Shown piece after piece: positions 57,948-64,000 of a stretch of 64,000 nucleotides of DNA. The notes below the pieces were generated by a model. That model did no database searches. It had not been told where the DNA came from and saw only the letters and a program-made list of their open reading frames with translations. Source of the stretch: an uncultured virus (IMG/VR IMGVR_UViG_3300008111_000022) (Duplodnaviria; Heunggongvirae; Uroviricota; Caudoviricetes); the IMG/VR virus record IMGVR_UViG_3300008111_000022. One strand, 5' to 3'. Within the stretch, counting starts at the first letter, position 1. Each line of letters begins with the position of its first letter. Position numbers and translations under genes: made by a program.

Positions 57948-59759
57948 TTAAGATACGTTACTAATTGTTATATTATTAAAAGTTTTATTACTTGAAGCTG
58001 GAAGACCTATACGTATGTATAGTTGACCAGTTCTAGTAGTTGCACCGAAAGTAATTCTTTTCACAGTGGCAGTGCTATTACCAACTACCAGTGCAGCTGC
58101 TCCATCTGCAGATGGACTTGTTCCAGGTGAGAATGCTGCATTACCGTCAATCCACCCAGTAACTCCTTCAATTTTTGCATAGATTTTAATACCACTCATA
58201 AGTGCACTACTACCAAAGTTAGAAGAACCAGTAAAAGTTAAATCAAAACTACTACATGCGGTAACAGATTGTGGATTAAACGTTACCCACCGATCACCAG
58301 CGCCCATACCAGTAGCATAGTCTGGTCCCACTACTGGAAGATTATTGGTATAAGTACCACTAGGCCATTGGAATTTTCCATTTAGAAACTGAAGTTCATT
58401 AGTATATGTTGTTTTTAAATCAGCATTAGAATCATAAGTAGAAGTATATCCAGTTGTTGGATACTGACCTGTTCCAGAGGGTTTTCTACTATTTTCGTTA
58501 GTGGCAGATAATGTATCAACTCTTACTCTAAGTGAATGTGTCGCTGTTCCTGAGGATCCTTGTGAGTTATAACTCGTTATTGTTATAGTATTTGTTTCTG
58601 AATACTTGTTACTTCCAACAGTAAGTGGCAAATCTGAAACAGTTACTGCTGCACTGGGGGTTTGAGTTCCAGTGAGAACTCTTGTTGCACTTGTACTTAA
58701 AATTGTGGATGCACTAACTTCTGCGATTCTGGTGGTATTATAAAAACTTTTTATTGCATTGTTAACAGTAAAATTGACAGAAAATGTTGATCCAAAACTC
58801 ACTGTTGGAACACCACTAATATAGTGTGAGGTCGTATTTGGATAAGTTGTACTAATTCCAGTAACAGTTGTGGCTACTGGATCATCCACATAAAATGTCA
58901 AATTTGGGGTGCTTCCAGTTCCACTATGCGTAAGGTTATATGTATGAATACCAACAGACAATGAAGAAGCTGGAACTATTCTTGCGGTCATTTGTTTCCA
59001 GAATCCTTCTTTTCCAGCTTGACCAGAATAAGGATCTGATTCTGAAACAACATTTAAAGAACCGAAAGTTCCGGTATTAGTTGCAGTTGTCAATGCAGTT
59101 GTTCCTACACCAACATTATCAATAAATGCTGTTAGAGTTCCAGAATCAGCATCATAAAAATTAGAAGTAGTATTTGTCGCAGGAGATGCACTGTTAGTAA
59201 CAATAGTTCTTACTGTTCCGGTGCTTGTTTGTGTTGCAGAATAAGATGATGCAAGAGAAAGAGTTAAAGTTGATAAATTAGCTGGTTTTGATGGTGCAAG
59301 TTTATTTAAAATCTCATTAACTTCATCAATAGCATCAGTAACTGTAGTGGTTGGAGTAAAAGATAATAGACCATCGGCAAAAGAAGTGTCAGTGGGTGTC
59401 CCAAGTGTAATTCCTGTACCCACACTAGAACCACCACCACCACCACCTTCACCACCAGAGATCGTAATAGTGGCAACACCATTAGAGAATACTGCAGTGG
59501 CACCTGCACCAACAAAATTAATAGTTGTTGCTGTTCCTACATTAGCACCTTCTTCTTGAACAACAACGCCAGATCCTGTTGCAGTAACTCCAGTAAGACC
59601 AGAACCATCCCCAACAAATGATTGTGCGGTTATAATTCCAGTATTAATACGAATTCCACTAGATGAAATAGTGGCACCAGATCCAACAGTAAGAGTACTT
59701 GCATTGATAATATTTCTACTATCATCAATAATAGTTGATCCTGATATCTTAATTGCCAT
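57948..59759 (-). CDS. tail fibre-like protein
   Basis: 603 aa; MAIKISGSTIIDDSRN; GIITAQSFVGDGSGLTG. Confidence 0.75.
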   Translation of the reverse strand: MAIKISGSTIIDDSRNIINASTLTVGSGATISSSGIRINTGIITAQSFVGDGSGLTGVTATGSGVVVQEEGANVGTATTINFVGAGATAVFSNGVATITISGGEGGGGGGSSVGTGITLGTPTDTSFADGLLSFTPTTTVTDAIDEVNEILNKLAPSKPANLSTLTLSLASSYSATQTSTGTVRTIVTNSASPATNTTSNFYDADSGTLTAFIDNVGVGTTALTTATNTGTFGSLNVVSESDPYSGQAGKEGFWKQMTARIVPASSLSVGIHTYNLTHSGTGSTPNLTFYVDDPVATTVTGISTTYPNTTSHYISGVPTVSFGSTFSVNFTVNNAIKSFYNTTRIAEVSASTILSTSATRVLTGTQTPSAAVTVSDLPLTVGSNKYSETNTITITSYNSQGSSGTATHSLRVRVDTLSATNENSRKPSGTGQYPTTGYTSTYDSNADLKTTYTNELQFLNGKFQWPSGTYTNNLPVVGPDYATGMGAGDRWVTFNPQSVTACSSFDLTFTGSSNFGSSALMSGIKIYAKIEGVTGWIDGNAAFSPGTSPSADGAAALVVGNSTATVKRITFGATTRTGQLYIRIGLPASSNKTFNNITISNVS

Positions 59760-59803
59760 TTACGTTACCGTCGTCGTGTTTCCACTGGGTATGTTATTAT
59801 TAT

Positions 59804-62800
59804 TTATGATAGTTTTGACTTCAATTCATTTATTTGATTTTGCTGTTCTTTGACAACCTCAATGAGAAGACCAATCAAACCATTATAGTTAACAGACTTG
59901 ATATTATCTGTTGAATTTCTAACTAGTTCTGGCATAATTTTTTCAATCTCTTGTGCAAGTACACCAGCAGAAGACTGACCATTTTCTTTCCATTCAAAAT
60001 TAACACCACGAATTGACATCACTTTTGCAAGTGGATCTTCAATCGTGCGTACATTATTCTTTAATGCAGCATCAGAACTTGAGTTAAAGTCTGTTGCAGT
60101 TACGACACCAGTTACAATAATGCCACCAGCAACAGTCAAGGTATCAGTTGTCTTATTATAAGTTAATCCACTATCACCACCGAAGGTGGATCCACCATCG
60201 TTAAATTGAATTTGAGTATCAGAACCACCAGGTGTTCCTCCACCCCCGCCTCCACCACCAGAAATAGTAATCGTAGCAGTTCCACCAGAATAAGTGGCAG
60301 TGACACCAGAACCGACAAAGTTAAGTGTTGTCGCAGCAGTGCCTACATTAGATCCTTCTTCTTGAACCGTAAGAGAAGAACCACCACCTCCACTAGCATT
60401 AATAGTTACTTTACCAGTAGAACCAGAGATGGTGACATTAGTACCAGCAACAATACTGGTAACAATACCTGTTAGATTTACTCCATTACCAGTTGTAGTT
60501 AGATAAGTGTTAGCATCAGTAGAACCATCTCCCTTCAAGAATTCTGATGATGTGGATCCAGGTTTGACAAAAGAATTTGCTGTAATAATTCCTGTCGTAT
60601 TAATATTTTCATCGATAGCAACAGAAGTATTGCCAATAACCATGTCTCCATTTATTGCAGGAAGAACAACAACGGCATTGCCACCATATTGATTATGAGG
60701 TGCAGCTTGAAGTCTGGTATAATGAGCATTTCCAATTTCACAGAATAGATCAATTCTTCCTGGATTTGAATCAGAACTTTGAATTTTTATCTGATTTGCT
60801 GCTGTTATAATTCCAACAGAAATACCATTAGTAGTGGTTCTTCCTCTAGTCGTTACACTATCTAAAGTATCAGTTTCGGTATAAGAAGTCAGATAAGTGC
60901 TAGAATCAACTGAACCATCTGCCTTTAAGAACTGTGATGAGGTACCACCAGATCTTACGAATTGAGATGCCGTTACAATACCAGTGTTTATTCTGATTCC
61001 ACTAGGTAAAATTGTAACTCCAGTACCAACATTAACTCCACCAGTGACACTTAAAGTATCAGTGGTCTTATTATAAGTTAATCCACTATCGCCACCAAAA
61101 GTTGATCCACCATCGTTAAACTGAACCTGAGTATCAGAACCACCAGGGTTAGTGGATCCTCCACCACCTCCACCAGAAATAGTAATAGTTGTAATCCCAG
61201 CATTGTAGGTTGCAGTAACTCCAGCACCAACAAAATTAAGAACTGTTGCTGCGGTGCCAACTTGACTACCTTCATCCTGAACAGCAATATTTGAACCACC
61301 ACCTCCAGCATTAATTGTAACTTGACCAGTAGAACCAGAAATGGTTACATTAGTTCCAGCAACAATACTAGTAACAATACCTGTTAGGTTTATTCCATTA
61401 CCAGTCGTAGTCAGATAGGTACTAGAGTCAACAGAACCATCTGCCTTTAAGAACTGAGATGAGGTACCACCAGACTTAACAATTGATGTTGCCGTTAAAA
61501 GACCAACAGAAATACCATTAGTAGTGGTTCTTCCTCTAGTCGTTACACTATCTAAAGTATCAGTTTCGGCATAAGAAGTTATATAGGCACTAGAGTCAAC
61601 AGAACCATCTGCCTTTAAGAACTGTGATGAAGTACCACCAGACTTAACGAAAGATGATGCCGTTACGATACCAGTATTCGTTCTTAAACCACTAGGGAGA
61701 ATAGTAACTCCAGTACCAACATTAACCCCACCAGTGACACTTAAAATATCAGTTGTCTTATTATAAGTAAGTCCAGAGTCACCACCGAAGGTTGATCCAC
61801 CATCATTAAATTGAATTTGAGTATCAGAACCAGAAGGCACCGAATTAAATGTAATTGCCTTAGAGAAGGTGGTTCCAATACCAGCAGATGCAACTTCTTT
61901 TGTCGTAATTGCAATGCCAGGTCCAGCAATAAATTCAATTGGCTCTTCACCAGTTGCCTTTAGTGTTCCTTGCCCATTAACATACCATGGGTTAAAGGTT
62001 GATTCAGACTGAATCAATACCTCTCCACTACCAAGATCAGTTACGCTGAATGGTGTCTTAGCAAATCTAATTGCTTTAACATTTGATACTGCATCATTAT
62101 TGTTTACTCCCGCAGTTCTTGTTCCGACTGTTAGGGCAAAACCAACTCCAGTAAGTCCAGAACCATCACCGACAAATGATTGTGCCGTTACAATACCAGT
62201 GTTTATTCTGATTCCACTAGGCAGAATCGTAACTCCAGTACCGACATTAACACCACCAGTAACTGATAAGGTATCAGTTGTCTTATTATAAGTAAGTCCA
62301 GAATCACCACCTAGAGTTGAACCACCATCATTGAATTGAACCTGAGTATCAGATCCACCAGGAGCACCACTACCTCCTCCACCACCAGAAATAGTGATAG
62401 TTGTAATACCTGCATTATAAGTAGCAGTAACTCCAGCACCAACAAAATTAAATGTTGTTGCGGCAGTACCAATTTGAGTTCCTTCTTCTCTTACTTCAAT
62501 TTGTCCTGAATATGTTGAAGAGTCAACTGAACCATCTGCCTTTAAGAACTGAGATGAGGTACCACCAGACTTAATAAGTGATGTTGCAGTTAGAACTCCA
62601 ACCGAAATACCGTTAGAAGTTGTTCTTCCTCTTGTGGTTACAGAATCTAGAGTATCAGTTTCGGTATAAGAAGTCAGATAAGTGCTAGAATCAACTGAAC
62701 CATCTGCCTTTAAGAACTGAGATGAGGTACCACCAGATCTTACGAATTGAGATGCCGTTACGATACCAGAGTTTATTCTTAAACCACCAGAAGTAAGAGT

Positions 62801-64000
62801 TACACCTGTACCAATGACAAGTTGAGTTACAGTTACTAAACCTACTGAAATACCATTACTGGTAACATTACCTCTAGTTGTAACACTATTGAGTGTGTCA
62901 GTCTCAGTATAAGAAGTCAGATAAGTGCTAGAATCAACTGAACCATCTGCCTTTAAGAACTGAGATGAGGTACCACCAGACTTAACAAAAGATGATGCGG
63001 TTACGATACCAACAATTTTAACATTGCCACCAACATCAAGTTTTGATGTTGGATCTGCAGATCCAATGCCGACTAATCCTGTTCCACGAATAGTTATAGC
63101 ATTTAACTCACTAAGCCCAGTATAAAAAGCACCTAAAACAATAGCAGTTCTATTCGATCCACCGACATTTCCATCTGCATGAATCCTTATTCCACCAGTA
63201 TATGAGTCATTTGAATCTACAACTCCTAGATCCAGCAATGAATAAGTATTTGAAGGCCAAGGAGTGATATTTAATTTGTTAATTATATTAAAAGTATTGG
63301 TATTATTTGTTCTCAGGTCCTCAGATCTAATGCCGTCAGCACTAACATTTAGTTTTAATTGTGGAATATCTGTTGAGAAAATTGTAATTGGTGCAGTTGG
63401 ATTTGTGGTTCCAATACCAATAGATCCAGCAGCACCTACACGAATACCGCCTGTTGCTGTAACAATACCAGTTACATTTAGTTGTGGTGACTGTAAGGTT
63501 CCAAAGACAGTAGCACCATATCCTGTGGTTTCAAACTTCTTGGAGGCATCATAATAAAGTTCCACTGCTCCGTTAGTAATAAATCTTGCTTTATACTCTG
63601 AAGCAGCAGTATTTCCAATCCATACCTCATTATCACCAAGAATAGCTAAATTTCCAGTCCCTTGATCTGTAATATAACTATTTGATCCATCATGAACAAT
63701 TCTTAAATCATTTCCATCACCAAAATACAGATTATTATTATCACCAAGTTTTACATCACTCTGGAATGTGGCAACACCAGAAACATTCAGTTGTCCTAAT
63801 GTTCCAACCGAAGTCAGTGAAGAATTAACAACACCACTTCCAAGAGTAGTAGATGAAAGAACATTAGTACCATCAATCTCATAAACTTTACCAGAAGCAA
63901 GATTAAAATTCTCACTTGACTTTAATGCTGTATTGGCATGATCATATAATAAGGTATTATTTGGTCCAATTTTAATACCAGCACCATCTGCTAATAAATC
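59804..64000 (-). CDS. long modular tail fibre with peptidase S74 chaperone (5' end outside window)
   Basis: Frame stays open from 64000 (DLLADGAGIKIG...) through the listed 63565 start; internal repeats; SSDAALKNNV...GVLAQE...VNYNGLIGLLIE. Confidence 0.88.
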   Translation of the reverse strand, partial: DLLADGAGIKIGPNNTLLYDHANTALKSSENFNLASGKVYEIDGTNVLSSTTLGSGVVNSSLTSVGTLGQLNVSGVATFQSDVKLGDNNNLYFGDGNDLRIVHDGSNSYITDQGTGNLAILGDNEVWIGNTAASEYKARFITNGAVELYYDASKKFETTGYGATVFGTLQSPQLNVTGIVTATGGIRVGAAGSIGIGTTNPTAPITIFSTDIPQLKLNVSADGIRSEDLRTNNTNTFNIINKLNITPWPSNTYSLLDLGVVDSNDSYTGGIRIHADGNVGGSNRTAIVLGAFYTGLSELNAITIRGTGLVGIGSADPTSKLDVGGNVKIVGIVTASSFVKSGGTSSQFLKADGSVDSSTYLTSYTETDTLNSVTTRGNVTSNGISVGLVTVTQLVIGTGVTLTSGGLRINSGIVTASQFVRSGGTSSQFLKADGSVDSSTYLTSYTETDTLDSVTTRGRTTSNGISVGVLTATSLIKSGGTSSQFLKADGSVDSSTYSGQIEVREEGTQIGTAATTFNFVGAGVTATYNAGITTITISGGGGGSGAPGGSDTQVQFNDGGSTLGGDSGLTYNKTTDTLSVTGGVNVGTGVTILPSGIRINTGIVTAQSFVGDGSGLTGVGFALTVGTRTAGVNNNDAVSNVKAIRFAKTPFSVTDLGSGEVLIQSESTFNPWYVNGQGTLKATGEEPIEFIAGPGIAITTKEVASAGIGTTFSKAITFNSVPSGSDTQIQFNDGGSTFGGDSGLTYNKTTDILSVTGGVNVGTGVTILPSGLRTNTGIVTASSFVKSGGTSSQFLKADGSVDSSAYITSYAETDTLDSVTTRGRTTTNGISVGLLTATSIVKSGGTSSQFLKADGSVDSSTYLTTTGNGINLTGIVTSIVAGTNVTISGSTGQVTINAGGGGSNIAVQDEGSQVGTAATVLNFVGAGVTATYNAGITTITISGGGGGGSTNPGGSDTQVQFNDGGSTFGGDSGLTYNKTTDTLSVTGGVNVGTGVTILPSGIRINTGIVTASQFVRSGGTSSQFLKADGSVDSSTYLTSYTETDTLDSVTTRGRTTTNGISVGIITAANQIKIQSSDSNPGRIDLFCEIGNAHYTRLQAAPHNQYGGNAVVVLPAINGDMVIGNTSVAIDENINTTGIITANSFVKPGSTSSEFLKGDGSTDANTYLTTTGNGVNLTGIVTSIVAGTNVTISGSTGKVTINASGGGGSSLTVQEEGSNVGTAATTLNFVGSGVTATYSGGTATITISGGGGGGGGTPGGSDTQIQFNDGGSTFGGDSGLTYNKTTDTLTVAGGIIVTGVVTATDFNSSSDAALKNNVRTIEDPLAKVMSIRGVNFEWKENGQSSAGVLAQEIEKIMPELVRNSTDNIKSVNYNGLIGLLIEVVKEQQNQINELKSKLS
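60130..63010 (-). repeat. interspersed near-identical coding repeats
   Basis: SGGTSSQFLKADGSVDSS x6 plus a variant, GSDTQ.QFNDGGST.GGDSGLTYNKTTD x4, ETDTL.SVTTRG x4; near-identical at DNA level. Confidence 0.9.

Noticed and set aside
60130..63010. Possible CRISPR array or DGR template/variable repeats
   Set aside because: Repeats are in-frame coding modules with irregular spacing; no adenine-specific mismatch pattern noticed, and no reverse transcriptase or cas operon in the window

Overview
The window is a segment of a large T4-like cyanophage (myovirus) genome, probably a freshwater type, coded mostly on the minus strand. In coordinate order it contains: (1) an early-gene block with a 2OG-Fe(II) oxygenase, small hypotheticals, a PD-(D/E)XK-like protein and an SF2 helicase; (2) two large virion/fibre genes; (3) a tRNA cluster (Leu-UAA, CAU, Ile-UAU) interrupted by an HNH endonuclease; (4) the baseplate/tail module (split gp5 region, gp51, gp26, gp54-like, gp4, gp48, gp53); (5) a Mom-like acetyltransferase, gp32, gp59, a GIY-YIG endonuclease, gp33, exonuclease, phoH and thyX; (6) a small-gene region; (7) glutaredoxin and a five-gene glycosyl/methyltransferase cluster; (8) a long run of repeat-rich fibre genes that continues past the right edge. 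The strongest candidate for an undescribed system is at 35.3-36.2 kb. An NtcA box precedes two tandem glutamine-riboswitch-like (glnA/downstream-peptide) aptamers. Each aptamer carries a small, apparently paralogous two-Cys ORF inside its P2 loop, with the start codon in the stem, and they are followed by a DUF4278-like gene and two micropeptides. Other notable items are a stand-alone promoter-to-terminator sRNA, a short-RNA/inverted-repeat cassette in front of the GIY-YIG gene, and a nuclease-less NUMOD gene at the 5' end of gp4. All family assignments come from motif recognition by eye; no database searches were run.
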